Source: Chiloscyllium plagiosum (lineage: Eukaryota). Taken from it: 64,000 nt of DNA. The notes below the pieces were generated by a model. It did not search any database and was not told the DNA's origin. It worked only from the letters and a program-made list of their open reading frames with translations. This document shows, piece by piece, positions 23,847 to 37,879 of this stretch. The stretch covers positions 13,988,485-14,052,484 of the forward strand of contig NC_057753.1 in the NCBI RefSeq assembly GCF_004010195.1, in the 5' to 3' direction. Within the stretch, counting starts at the first letter, position 1; every line of letters starts with the position of its first letter. Both the position numbers and the translations under genes were made by a program.

Positions 23847-23982
23847 ATTTCTGTTCAGTTTTGTGCGTCTCATCATTATCATCTCAGAAGATTTTTGGGT
23901 TTCTCGCAGTCAGGGTGCAATTGCTCAGGATTCTCAATGTGATGGCTCCTTCTAGTGATCACTAACTGGAACTCTCAGGATG

Positions 23983-25341
23983 GATCTTTTTACGAGATTT
24001 TGACTCCATTTATTCATTTCACTACAGTGCTGACTAGCACATAGGTACGTGACACAGTAGGTGATGAGGATGTTACTGACATTTAGTTTAGTGATCTTGT
24101 CAGTTTAAGATCCTGAGAGGAAAACAGATGACTGATGCGGTTTTCTTTCGGCACACTGTTCCTAACTAGTCAAAAGATGAACTGTAGAGGTTGCCCATAT
24201 TATAACACGTAAGGTTTGCATCACTTTTCTTCAAATTGCAGCTTGAGAAGATATTATTCCATCTTCAACTGTCATTTCAGTAAACGGCTGTTCAATTGTA
24301 TATTGTTGGCTCCATTTCAACACATGGAAAGGAGCAAAGGAAGCGAGAATCAGCGCCAAATTCAGATTGATCAACACAATCGTCACATTAACTGTTTTTC
24401 GATCAAAATATTACTTGATTAGGAACAATTCTGTTCTGATTAGGACATAGTTTTGTGAATGGGCACAATGCTGAGGAATGGCAAAAGGCAATTCCGCATG
24501 TTGAAACCTGTCTCCGTACCTCTGCAGTGTTGGAAATTCGTTGTCAGAGCCGAATGCTTTCTCTTATTGGTCAGAGTATTGAATACAGACGTTGGGAAGT
24601 CATGTTATGCTTGTACAAGACATTGCTTAGGCCACTGCTGAAATATTGCGGGCTATTCTGGCCTCCTTCCTATCGGAAAGATGTTGTGAAACATGAAAGG
24701 TTCAGAAAAGGTTAACAAGGGTGTTGCCAGGGTTGGAGGATTTGAACTATGGGGAGAGGCTGAACAGGCTGGGGCTGTTTTCCCCGGAGCGTCGGAGGCT
24801 AAGGGGTGACCTTATAGTGGTTTACAAAATTATGAGGGGCATGGATAGGATAAATAGACAAACTCTTTTCGCTGGGTTGGCGAAGTCCAGAACTATAGGG
24901 CATAGGTTTAGGGTGAGAGGGGAAATATATAAAACGGACATAAGGGGTAACTTATTCACGCAGAGGGTGGTACATGTATGGATTGAGCTGCCAGAGGAAG
25001 TGTTGGAGGCTGGTACAATTGCAACATTTAAAAGGCATTTAGATGGATGTATGAATAGGAAGGGTTTGGTGGGATATGGGACGAGTGTTGGCACGTGGTA
25101 CAAGATTGGGTTGGGATATCTGATTGGCCTTGACGGGTTAGACCGAAAGGTCTGTTTCCATGCTGTTTCTATGACTCTATGATTCTATAAACACAGATCG
25201 CTGCCACATTGCCTTGCGGATCCAATCAACAGCAAAATTCGCGTAGCGCCAAACATCTCTCCAAGAACAAAACTTGGCCAAAGCGAAGGAGACAGCTGAA
25301 AGGCGAATACCAGTAAATGGAAGCTGTGGCGGGGATTCCAT
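23983..25341 (-). pseudogene. Antigen-receptor V pseudogene C (inverted; CR1 inserted in its intron)
   Basis: WSQQYTIEQPFTEMTVEDG...SCNLKKSDANL...KLNVSNILITYCVTYLCASQ (YLCAS at 24047-24033); leader-like MESPPQLPFTGIRLSAVSFAL from 25341; nonamer and CTCF-like site (23943-23958) further decayed. Confidence 0.78.
24556..25187 (+). mobile_element. 5'-truncated CR1/HER1-type LINE
   Basis: ORF2 C-terminus LPGLEDLNYGERLNRLGLFSPERRRLRGDLI...; tail ctatgactctatgattcta; absent from units A and B. Confidence 0.92.
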
Positions 25342-25786
25342 GCAGTCTAAATTTGATGATGTGTCCAATGAATCTCTGATATACATAGTTGAGTGGAACC
25401 AATGATTGTTATGTTTCCAAATTGTGATCTGTTATTTGTAGACGAACAAGATTAGCCCATATGTTTCAATAATCTATTTATTCAGTAAAAAGCTACAGGG
25501 TGTCGTAATATTAACCAGATCGAGGTTCAATCATTGGAAATACCATTTTAGAACATTAAAGTCCATGCAGTCTAAATTTGATGATGAGTCCAATGAATCT
25601 CTGATATACATAGTTGAGTGGAACCAATGATTGTTATGTTTCCGAATTGTGATCTGTTATTTGTAGACGAACAAGATTACCCCATATGTTTCAATAATCT
25701 ATTTATTCAGTAAAAAGCTACAGGGTGTCGTAATATTAACCAGATCGAGGTTCAATCATTGGAAATACCATTTTAGAACATTAAAG
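25337..25786. repeat. 225-bp tandem duplication over the psiV-C start codon and promoter
   Basis: tccatgcagtctaaatttgatgatg at 25337 and at 25562; copies near-identical. Confidence 0.9.
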
Positions 25787-28700
25787 CTATTTCTGCTGTA
25801 CGAGATTTTGGAACGAAGAATCGTCCAGCAGGGACAGAGCAGCAGAAAATATAATATCCGACCAGTCCACCGTTTCTGCTTTATACATGTATACCAGCAA
25901 GTATTCAATATTATAATTGCAATGCGTTAATAATTAATTAAGCAATCGCAAAACAATATGAGGGCATGTACATTTCAAGCGCAAATGATGTGTCATAGTA
26001 ATGTCACTGCTCTTCAGATTTAAGAAGATCAGACTGAAGTTCCATGGCAGAATTCCTGGCACAATGCAACTTCAGTTAGCAAAAATCTGAAATCAACTAG
26101 CCCAAGTAGCGGTCGACGTGAAAGTGGCACCATCTAATGGAAGAAGGTTGCCAAAATTATCTGGTGTGGCGTGCATTTGACTCCACACATTGTCAGTGAT
26201 GTTGACTGTCTTTTTCTCTCTCTGAGAATACTTTGCAAGATTAATACTGTCTTTCACAACGATATCCTCAACTCATGACGGAATGAAAATTTAAAAACAG
26301 TTAAACAATGAAGGACCATTATGATTTTAAATTTTGTTTAAGCTACAGACTGTATTTTAATACAATTTAGCTGTCACTGTTAATGGAATTTTGCCGAAAT
26401 ATCTATCTGTGGCAAAGTGCTGAAGAGATAGAGCTCACAGAGAGAATAGATTCTTACTCATCTCTGCCCTAACTGGCGCCTTTTATTCTGAAACACTACC
26501 TTCTAGTCCTAAACCCACATGAATGGAAGCATTGTTTCAGTATTTACCCTTCCAATCCTTAATGGCAACCGACCCAGTCCAAGATGTTTCAAGAAGGTGA
26601 ACTTGCATTCCGCTGAGCTGCTACCTGCAGAGTTCAAAATCTGTTTTTTTTTTTGTTTGCACGAAAGTCTCTTCAGTCTCAGGGTAATCCTAACGAATCT
26701 TCTCTGAACTGACTTTAATGAAGCGCTGCCTTAATATAGATAAGTGGATCAAAAATATTTCCGTAACGCCAAATGTGATACCTCTCGTGTCATGTACAGT
26801 TGCAGTGAGAATTCCCAACTCGAAACCTTCAAATCTCTTGACATGGGGCGAACGTTCCCTCCGCCTTCTGAATACCGGATTCACGTGAGCATTGTCTGTG
26901 TGTCGTGCACATGTACCAAATGTTTTATTTGTATTGCAACATTCTGCACTTTCTGCCCATTTGAAACAAAAGCACTATTATTTACTCGTCTTTGCAAAAT
27001 GAACATTTTCACATGTTTTTCACACTACAGTCCAAATACTAATATACCGCCCACTTGCAAATGCTATTAACTATCCTAAACCAGTTGTTTTCTTTTCTCA
27101 GTTTGCGTTTCTGGTATTTTTCCATTATTTGCAAATTTGGCTGCAGTGCATTCCTTTCCTTTCTCCAAGGTATGAATGTTTGTGCATTGTAAAAAAAGTT
27201 GTCATCTAATCATTGATCCCTGTGGGACCCCACTAGTTCCAGGAAGCCAGGCTAAATAACAACTATTTTCACAACTCTCTTCTTCCTGCCTGTCAGCCAA
27301 TTCTTCATCCATAGCAATGCTTCACTTCCAACACATTGGGTGCTTATTTTCTGAGGTACTTTGTCAAAGATCTACTGGTACTCCAAAACGATACATATAC
27401 CTGTTATTCTCTACCCAGTGGAATTGTGATGACCTCAAAATACTCTGAAAGATTAGTCAATGATAATTTCACATTTGTGAATAGTCACCGACTTTTCAAA
27501 TGTACTGGCATACGTTCCTTGAAAATTTATTACAACATTTTTCCATACTTGAAACACAAGAAGAAATTGCTACAGAAATTCAGCAGATCTGTCAGCATCA
27601 ATGGAAAGAGAACTAATATTGCGAGTCAAGTGACCCTCTGCAGAACAGAATGTTGAACTCAGAATGTTAACTCTTTTTGTTTTGCTTATTCACCATGAAC
27701 ACAAAACGGGAAAAAGCTTTGCTGAAAGTTTAGTTTGAGTTTACTTTTGAACTTTGTTGAGTATTTTCTGTCAGAAATTGTACGCCAGAAAACAGATTCC
27801 TTCTACTTGCTGGTAAACATTAGTAACGAGACTGCAATCGCCCCGTCACATCAAATCATTTCACGTGAAGCAGCATCAATTAAAAGTCAGTGAAATAGGC
27901 GTCGTGTTTATTGTAAACTGTCAGATAGGTGCTTAAATTATTATGAATGTCAACACGTGGTTTTGTTTTGGCAGAAAATCTCCCACAGTTTATCAATGCA
28001 TATCTACTGCTCATAAGCCGCCACTCCTGCACGGCCTGTCAATCAGTTCCAACTTCCGTGATACTATATGAAGCAGTCAACTTATTAACCACATCACTGA
28101 CTTCAAATCATCATTACAGCACTGATTTTTAGAGGCCATCATACTTTACCTGCCCAACCTTTAAGTGTCTTTAGACAGACACCTTAACGGGAATCTTTGG
28201 CACTCATAACAGCATACAATGGGCACTTTCACTTCATTCTGTGCACCTGCTAGACAGAAAAATTGAACGAAAAACACTGAGTTCAATTTCTGATCTGAGA
28301 TCTCTGATGTCAGGAAATGGATAATAAATGAACGGCGAGCCAATGACTGTCAGCTGCTAACTCTGTCAACAATTAACCGATCGGCAGAAATGCATGATGT
28401 TACTAGATGTTACCTCCATTCTTGAGTGTAACAATTGCCATGTTAGTTTGCTTTATGCAAATTCACGTCAACTACCTCCAAACATGGTTGTGACTTTACA
28501 TTCATTCTTTACAACTTCAGTTCTCATAACTGGTACAAAACCTACGCACTACTCCATGTAGACATCCGTGACATCGTTTACATCTGCTATCTGTATTTTG
28601 AAAAATATGAGTTACCATATAATGACAGAGCATAATCAAAATCAAGTGAAGTTGTGCAATTGTACATTTCTGCAGGTGGAAGAGGTTCAAACAGTGATAA

Positions 28701-29683
28701 GGTTTCAAATAAAATGTGGAGGCCAATCGGAAAAGTTACTTGAAGATGGCTGCTGCACATTCATTGCAACTATGTCGTCAGATTCGGGATAAAGCCTCGA
28801 TAATCTTGATGTACATTACTAACATTCTCACTTCTGAACTACGTAATTGGTGATGTTATTAGAGCTGAGGATATCCACGACTTTTTGTTAACATTGACTG
28901 TTTAAAAAGTAGGGACAATTTTACCAACAGTGAACTGTGGATGCCTGACAGAGCAAAATATTACTGAAAACTGAGAGTCACAATGACAGGACTCAAGAGC
29001 GAACATCGCACAAATCTACCGCCAACTTGGAATCAAGTAAACAGCTGAAGCCCTGCGGAAGGAGAAACATTGACCAGATTTTAACAAGCGATTGTTCGTT
29101 CCTATCAGCCAAAAACAAGAGTGAAATTTCTGATGCAAATTAATTCCACAGTGAGCAATTGGCAGATTAAATGTCGTGGCGTTATTAACGTTCCACCCTA
29201 ACACACGCTGCCAATTGCCCCTGTTCGCTTCTTTGACGCTGCAAACACAGAGAGAGTAGGGATAATCTTTCCTCATATGTCATATATAGAAGCTTATCAG
29301 ACGTCACCACTCTCTAAACTCATCTGACTTGTGCTAGTCAGTGAAAAAGGAACTTCCTATTTCAACAAATATATTTATTTCATGAAAACGACATATTTCA
29401 GACCACTAAGTGGCCAAAAAAGCTTAGTTTCAGATCAAGCTGTCATCGTTTACTCAATTGATAATTTACTCATTCCAATGCCCCATTAATGTTTCTCTTC
29501 TCTGACACAGGCATAGATTTATTGTTATCGACATCATCAGACTACCAGACTCGAGTCATTCTATCTCGTAATCCTCAGGAAATGACATCAATTGAATACA
29601 GCTAATGCTGTCAGTTTTTACTTGCCTCATGCTTTGCAATTTTGTCAGGTATTGGAACATTGCTAGCATCAGGAGCAGCAGCA

Positions 29684-30478
29684 ATGAACCTCTCTGCCCT
29701 CTCTCTGGTGTGGATAACATTTTTTGTTGGTATGAATTGAACTTTTAAAAGAAGATTTAGTGTTAGATGAATGCATTTTTGAAGCATCTATAAAATTAAT
29801 TTTAAAAAAAACTCAGTGCAGAAAGATGATCCAAAACAGATTTCTAAATAAATTTGTTTACATGCAGCATATCGAGAAACTGGCTGCTGTTACTGCAAGG
29901 AGTATTATTGAAACCGGGAAAGACGGATTTTAAAGAAAGTGGATTAAAATGGGGAAGTGGAAATGGTTGGAGATATCTACAGAGAGAATGAGAGGGAGAA
30001 ATAAGCAGGATAACTATGTTTTTTAGCTGCATGGACATGAGCCTGACGTGCTGAATGGACTTTTTGTTACTCTCAGTCCTGTCTACGTTTTGTTTACACC
30101 GTGAAATTCCATCGTCAATTCAGTTTATTTCCATATTTTATCACTAATTTCTGCGTTCCGTGACTTTGTATTCTAGATCAGAGCGATGGAGGTTCTGTCA
30201 CACAGCGGGAGCCCTACCTCACACCAAAGGCAGGAGAAGATGTCACTTTAAACTACAACTACACGGGAAGTCCTGATACCGTTCTGGTACCATCAGTATC
30301 AAGGCAGACAGCCCGATTTCGCAATCTGGAGGTCCACGATTACTGATGCTGAAACAAAGGCGGATTTCGGTCGCACCCGGTTTTCTGCCGCCCTCCAGCA
30401 TACAGATAAGTTGTACCAATTGACAATTTCGGACATCCTTCTATCTGACACCGCACTATATTATGGTGCAACGAGTCT
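29684..30478 (+). pseudogene. TCR alpha/delta-type V pseudogene (V3)
   Basis: Leader 29684-29729 MNLSALSLVWITFFV-G|GT; V exon 30177-30478 (302 nt, 2-nt deletion before WY); Cys23 changed to Tyr (TAC); Cys104 changed to Gly (TAT TAT GGT); intron shortened to 447 nt. Confidence 0.92.
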
Positions 30479-30517
30479 CACAGTGATGGGAACCAGCTGA
30501 TGCATCTTACAATAACT
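30479..30517 (+). other. V3 23-RSS (intact)
   Basis: CACAGTG + 23 nt + ACAATAACT. Confidence 0.92.
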
Positions 30518-33500
30518 ATGGCAACTTTCTGGGTCACCGATGCTGCATCTTCAGTGCCGTTTTTAATTGTGCTTCATAAAGTGGAACTGTGGTGCATAGC
30601 TACGAGTGAAAAGTCCCGGAGGGAATCGAGAAAAAAAGACTGTTTTAAATTGTTCTCAGCAAGTACTGATTCTGATTGCCGCTTTCACCGTGTGAGGACA
30701 GAAGTGTTTGCTGTTTATATGAGATTCCCTATAAATTCCTCACTCATACTCATTAAAAATACAAACTCTGCAACCGGCTTGGTACTATCAATATCCGTGT
30801 AACGCTGATTTAGAATTTTAAAAAAAATACATTTTCGATGTGGAATTCCAGAATGTAATAGCTGCCCGGTGAGGAAATCTGAGGCAATTACAGTTAACTG
30901 ATTGGACGCCGCACAGTTTTAAAAATACACATATTAAAGACCAAGATTCTACAATAGAATAAAGTAAAAAGGGGATATTTTGATGACGTGATAGAAGATG
31001 GTTAACAGAGATGCTCAAGACAATAATCTAAAAGGACAGATTTCCTTGGTCAAGATGCCCAATGAATATAAAAGCCGGTTTGATTAATAATATTTCTGCC
31101 ATAGAATATTAGAAGCACATTTAAAATCCACGCTCATCAGATAACGTTATGTGCAAATTTTATTTTCTGATTCTTTACATGCGATCATATTGCAGTTAAA
31201 TATTAATGAACGACTGGAAAACAATGACAGGTCAGACAGTTAGGGAAACTATTCTATCCCCAATATTTTAATTAGCAAAACCGTGTGAATTTCCTAATAA
31301 AGTATTTGAATAATGTATCCGGTATAAATTACAGAATATCGACAGTCTGGAAACAGGTTCTTTGACCCAACAAGTCCATACCGACCCTCCGAAGAGTATG
31401 CCACCCAGACCAATATCCCTACGATATTGTCCTATATTTAACCAACTAATGCACCGAACCGACACATACCTGAACACAATGGGCAACTTAGCATACCCAG
31501 TTCACCTCCGCCACACGTCTTAGGATTCTGAGAGGAAATCCGATCACGCAGAGGAAAACCACGCAGCTGTGGGAGAGGAAAACCACGCAACCTCTACATA
31601 GACTTCCGCCCGAGGCTGGAATCAATGACAGTTCACTGGCGCTGTGAGACAGCACTGCTAACAACTGAGGCATTATGCCACGTGCAGAGGAGGAAAGGTG
31701 GAAAAGACAAAACCTTTCTCCAACACCGCATCTATTAATCTCTTCAAGTCACAGCTTTTCAAGAATGCATTTCCAAAGGGCGAATTTAGATGCAGGCTGC
31801 ACACCTCCCCTGACCTCTATTTCACCCGAGCTGACCCGCACCAACTTGTGTGTGCAGTCCTTTGGTTCCTGTCACTGTGTCTGTCAACCGACGGTAGCAC
31901 ACTAATGATGAAGTACCGATAATTTTTAAATGGTCCAGAGATGCAGAAAATCGAGCATGAATGCCAGTTCTCCTCACTCTATTCCACTATGTAGGGATAC
32001 CGTTCACTAATAATATCTGAGTTTCCCGGGTCCTCATGGTAAAATTGAAAATATGTGCATTGTATTTGTTCAAGTAGCTGAAATTAATAATCACCCAATT
32101 TCCTTCAAATTGTATCACTTTATTCAGAGCCTGTGAGACCAAGTCTGCACAATTAATGCCTACAGAAACAGAAAAGCAAATAACATGAATACGGTGACAA
32201 CAAACAATGTCAACAAGTTAAAGCCTGGATTCTAATACATTGAACACAAAGGAGTGATTGCTATAGTCACATTATCTAGGTGCTAACATTTTACAACTCA
32301 CGAACTTACAAGTTAAGAGAGTTACACCACTATGGAAAGAGTAAATATCAAAAATCTGAACGTTTGCAGAGCAAATGGTGGATTTGAACAAAAAGAGTTG
32401 ATGATGAATTATTTCAGCTGAGAGATATTAAACATCATATTTGATTGGATCATTTCAGAAAGTGTTTCCAGGCAAAACATCCAGTCATCTGACAGCTCCT
32501 TCGTTCCTCAGCTCATGACGTCCAGGTGCTGATCAATATCATATTACGTCAAAATCAAGTGGTCCAGAGCCCGGATCTCGCATTTTGAAAAGGATATGAG
32601 TACCTCCGCACAATTGCAAGTGCAGACACGCAAAAGGCCGGCTCACCACCATTTTCACCTGGGCAGTTAGGTTGGTCAAATCCTCACTGTTGCCGACTTG
32701 ATGCCACTGCACAGCCAAATTGTTAAGACCATCAAGAATTAAGTCAGAGAAAGGGCAACAGCAGAATACAACATAAGCTCACAAAGTCAGTGTGAAGACT
32801 AAGAGGTGGTAAACGTGAATCAGTCATTATCTGCTGCCTGATACAAGTAAAAGCAAATGGAGAAAAGAGATCAAGAAGCTACAAGTCATTCAAGCCTAAA
32901 GTATCACCACAGTCAAAACTGTCACCGGGGTATTGAGATTCCAGCTCAGTTTCCCCCCCCACCCATTTCATAGCAAAATTACTTTGTGTACACTCCCACT
33001 CATATCATAGTAAAATTACTTTGTGTGCCTCCATCTGGAGCTAACGGGGGGCTTCCGTTTCATGACGTTTAGAGGTTCAGCTGATCAAATCATACCATTG
33101 TTCATAATACTTTACCTGCAGCATATTCATCTTAACTACAGAAACTTCATCCATGCACTTCGTCAATTTGGGTCAAAGGGATAGGTGAAAGTGGACTTTG
33201 CGAAATTCAAACTTAGAGATATCTCTACTGATGTAGATGTATTCCATTCATTTACCTGCACTTAGAAATCTAAATATTTAAATTCTCTTCTGTCATGGAA
33301 AATCTTGCTTTGGCTCAATATTTGTATCATTACCTCTGATGCTAACATTAGATTCCTGATGTCCTAAATAACATCAACTGTCCTTCAAAAATGCTCTCAT
33401 AGCTGAATGTAATTATCGACAAACACGTAAAATATTTTAGAAATGTTCCCCCTCAGTTACTATGAGAGCATGCAGAATTAGCTGAAGTCTTACCTCAAGT

Positions 33501-33830
33501 GGAGGCATCTCAAATAACTAAATTCCAACGAATCAAACCTCTGAGCGATTGTTCCCTAATCCCTAATCTAAATTACAAACTCTTTCAAATTGGCTGTGTT
33601 TAAACTGGTTTTACTTATCCGAAAGTTCGAAAGTAGACCTTAACAAAAATCCAAGTTGGAATTTCCGAAAAATGGGATGACTTCTGAAATATCTGCAACT
33701 TATGCTGTACCATTGATTTGCCAGCATATGGTAGCAGTGCATCATTATGGTCATAAGACAGCAACAGGATTGAGACGTTGACATTGCAATTCTTTCAAAC
33801 TCAATCCTGACGTATATTCTACTGTGCACA

Positions 33831-36037
33831 GAACAAAGACAAAGAACAAAGAACAAAGATAATTTACAGGAACACGCCCTTCGGTCCTCCAAGCTTCCAC
33901 TGATCCAAATCTACTGTCTAAACCTGTCATACAATTCTGAAGAATCTGCATCCCTCTGCTCCCCACCTACTCATGAATCTGTCCAGACGCACCTTAAAAG
34001 AATCTACCACTTCTGCCTGCCTCTACCACCTCTGCTGGCAACGGATTCCAGACACCGACCACCCTCGGTGTATAGTAAATGCTGTATGTATCCCCCTTAA
34101 ACGTTTCACCTCTCACCTTGAAAGCGTGACCACTCTTATTGAATCCTTCACCCTGGGAAAAAGCTTATCTCTATCTACCATTTCTATACGTTCATGTTTT
34201 TGTAAACCTCAATCAGGTCCCCCCTCAATCTCCTGTTTTCTAATGAAAACAAGCCGAACCTACTCAACCTCTCTTCATAGATAGCACCTTCCATAGCAGG
34301 CAACATCCCGGTAAAGCTTCTCTGCACCCTCTCCAAAGCGTTCACATCCTTTTGGTAATGTGGCGACCAGTTTTCTGCACAGTATTCCAAATGCAGCCGA
34401 ACCAATGTCTTTTACAATTTTAACATGACCTGCCAGCTCTTATACTCAATGCCCCGTCCGATGAAGGCAAGCATACCATATGCCTTCTTGACCACTCTAT
34501 CCACCTGTGCAGCAACCATCAGGGTACAATGGACCTGCACTCCGAGATCTCTCTACTCATCAACTTTTCCCAGTGCTCTCCAGTTCACTGTATAATTTGC
34601 TCTCGAATTAGACTTGCCTAAATGCATCACCTCACATTTGTCTGGATTGAACTCCGTCTGCCACTTCCCCGCCCAACTCTCAAGTCTATCTATATTCTCC
34701 TGTATTTTTTGACAGTCCCTTAAGTTTTCTGCTACTCCACCAATCTTTGTGTCATCTGCAAACGTGCTGATTATACAAACCGTGCCCTCTTCCAAATCAT
34801 TTATGTAAATCACAAGAAAAAGCTGCCCCAGCACAGATTCCTGTGGAACGCCACTCGTCACCTTTCTCCACTTCGAGAAGCTCCCTTCAACCAATACTTT
34901 CTGTCTTCTGTTGCTCAACCAGTTCTTTATCACCCAGCTGGAACACCCTCCACACCATGTGACGTCGCTTTTTCTGCTTGTTTTCCATGGGGTACCATAT
35001 CAAACAAGTTCTGAAGGGCCACATCAACAGCCCTTCCTCATCTATCAACTTGGTCACTTCCTCAATGAGCTCTATTAAGTTGGTAAGGCATGATCTCCCC
35101 AGCTCAAAACCATGTTGCCTATCACTGATAAGCGATTTCCCACCACTGACATCAGACTCACTGGTCTGTAGTTTCCAGAATATCCCTACTACCCATCTTG
35201 TACAGGGGGACAGCGTGAGCGACCTTCCGGTCCTCCAGCACCTCGCCTGTGTTTTAGGATGCCACAAACATATCTGTCAGGGCCCAAGCTATTTCCTCTC
35301 TCGCCTCCCTCAGCAACCTGGGATAGATCGCATCCGTTCCTTGGGATTTGTCCACCTTTATACCCTCTAGCCCTTGTAAAACATCTTCCCTACTTATATC
35401 AATGTGATCCAGAATAAGCAAACTTCTATTTCTAATCTGAACATTCATCATGTTCCTCTCCTCAGTGAACACTGATGCAAATTAATAATTCAGAATCTCA
35501 CCCATTCTCTCAGGTTCGACGCACAACCTTCCTTCATTATCCTTAAGTGGACCAATCTTTTCTCTAGTTACCCGCTTGCTCCTTATATAAGAATAAAATG
35601 CTGTGGGATTGTCCTTAATTCCGCTTGCTAAAGCTATTTAAATGACACCTCTTAGCCTGCTTGATTCCTCGTTTAAGACTGGTCCTACTCTTCTGATACT
35701 CCTCCAGGGCCCATTCTGTTCTTTGCAGCCTGTAACTTATGTATGCTTCCCTTTTCCTCTTGGCTCGTCGTACGATTTGTCCTGTCATCCTTGGTTCACG
35801 AATCTTGCCTTTCCTACCCTTTGCCTTCAACAATTCATGTCAATCCTTCACTATCTTTAACCTATCATTGAAAGACTCCCACATATGAAATGTGGACTTC
35901 CCTTCAAATAGTTGTGTCCAATCTACATTTCTCAGCTCCTGCATAATTTTGGTGTAACTGGCCTTGGCCCAGTTTCGTACTCTTCCCTTAGGACCACTCT
36001 AATTTTGTCGACGAGTATTCTAAAACTTACAGAATTT
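33831..36037 (-). mobile_element. CR1-type LINE, ORF2 (RT) 3' ~2.2 kb
   Basis: VTSGVPQESVLG..IYINDL...STFADDTKIGG, KVDKSQGTDAIYPRLLRE, LSRFGLFSLENRRLRGDLIEVYK; (gaacaaa)n tail. Confidence 0.93.
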
Positions 36038-36039
36038 AT

Positions 36040-36225
36040 ACAAATGAACACACACATACAAACACGCACAGAGACATGCATATGTTAACACAGATACAAA
36101 AACACATTGAAGCTACACACAGACGGACATACACACAAACAGGAAAGCACATACTAGACACTCAGACAGAAATACAAATAGAATGACACCTGCAAGCACG
36201 CATAGGCACACATGTACACATAGAA
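36040..36225. repeat. Degenerate CA-rich microsatellite
   Basis: Runs of acacacatacaaacacgcacagagac. Confidence 0.7.
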
Positions 36226-37473
36226 GCAGAAACTTAAAGGTTATCAAGTCGCCGGCTTGCTTTCAGTTTGTATGTTATCTATTGAATCCATTTCTAAACT
36301 AATTTTATCAGATTCGTTTGTAAACACAAATGAAATGAATAAGTAAATTTTCTTGTGTAGGCAGATTTCAGAATATGTGTGTGTGTGCGTGCGCGAGTGT
36401 GAGAGAAAGCGAATGATTTCGGATAGATCCCCATTAGGTTAATAGTATAATCAATGACCCGTGTTATTCTTCCAGTTGGTATCATGCGCACAATGGAAAT
36501 AAATGCTAACATCATATCATACTGAGGTAACGTAAGGCTGCAAGTGGCAGACTAAGATTTTATGATGAATTTTCAGGTTTTTATCTTCTAATATCAATGA
36601 TAATTAGAGAAGGGAAAAAGTTTTAGTTGTAGTCGGTGAGGGAAATACCCTGAAATAACTGGTTACAGCATTTGAAGTAAATATGCAGATTTTCCAGGAA
36701 AATAATTTTATATGAGAAAGGAGGACATATTTGATGACATGGAGCACGACCGACTGTATATAGCTCCTGGTGAGAAAACGTGCTCACAACTTCCAGAAAA
36801 AGCCATTAGAGGACAGTGTCATTCTGTGCTAAATACTGAACATGTGAATTGGAGATTTCATTACCTGACAGACAGTGTGTGGGGAGGTCAGTGTGAAAGG
36901 CTTTCTATAGAAAGACAAATAGCAAGATGCAGTTTCTTCCGTGTTACTGAACAGACCAGATCCCCGTATAATATTTCAAGAAGTTAGCAAGGAAGCGAGC
37001 TTTCTCTTATTTTAAAGGCAAGTGTAAAGTGCTGTTCTAGAAGCAATAGGACAGTGCTAAATAGTTGATATTGAACAAAGCACAATTTATTCATTTCTTA
37101 TAGTTATCATACCATAAAAGAAAACAACACATGAAATTACCTAACTCCAACAGAAACATTATCATTATTATAGGAATATCAATGATAACGGATTAGCCAT
37201 TTGGACATCCCATGAACAGTGCCAGAAACAGATTGTCTCACATGCAATTCAATAGCAGCAGTAGCAGCAGCAGCAGAGAGAGAAAATGTCAACAAAGAGA
37301 TTAGCAGCCTGGAGACACTTACTGCAATATTCAACACAACGGAGATTCAAAATGTAACGGCTTAAAGCTAAACCTAAAACATTATTTAAAAAAAAAAACA
37401 CGCTAGAAATGCTGGTCTGTCAGAGCTGATCACATCAATCCAGGCTGCTTCCAATGTAACAACTTTGTTCAAA

Positions 37474-37626
37474 CACGGTGGCACAGTGGTTAGCACTGCT
37501 GCCTCACAGCGCCAGAGACCCGGGTTCAACTCCCGCCTCAGGCGACTCTCTGTGTGGAGTTTGCACGTTCTCCCCGTGTCTGTGTGGGTTTCCTCCGGGT
37601 GCTCCGGTTTCCTCCCACAATCCAAA
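37474..37626 (+). mobile_element. 3'-truncated HE1-type SINE
   Basis: cacggtggcacagtggttagcactgctgcctcacagcgccagagacccgggttcaactccc. Confidence 0.88.
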
Positions 37627-37879
37627 AATACACGTCTTCAAATCACAGTATTGCCATATCCATTACTTTAGCAAGAAGGCGGCTCTGTTAGAATTGAAGG
37701 ATTTTTTTTTTACATTTTTGTGCAGACGACAAGCACAGGAACTAAATATGAGAGATACCGGACTTGATAGCATAAATCATAAACAATACATGAAGGAAAT
37801 GAACTGAACTTTATCTTTACATCATTCAATGGATAGTAACACAATCTAGTTGTCTCCAAAACGTTTCCTCAAAGTGAAT

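Larger units (their letters stand above)
22400..32688. repeat. Segmental duplication unit C
   Basis: Colinear with A and B; similarity to B ends at ggttggtcaaatcctcact (32688). Confidence 0.9.

Noticed and set aside
9910-30517. NAR-TCR or leaderless supporting V-delta arrangement
   Set aside because: Every plus-strand V has its own leader, and no IgNAR-like V, D or J was seen upstream.
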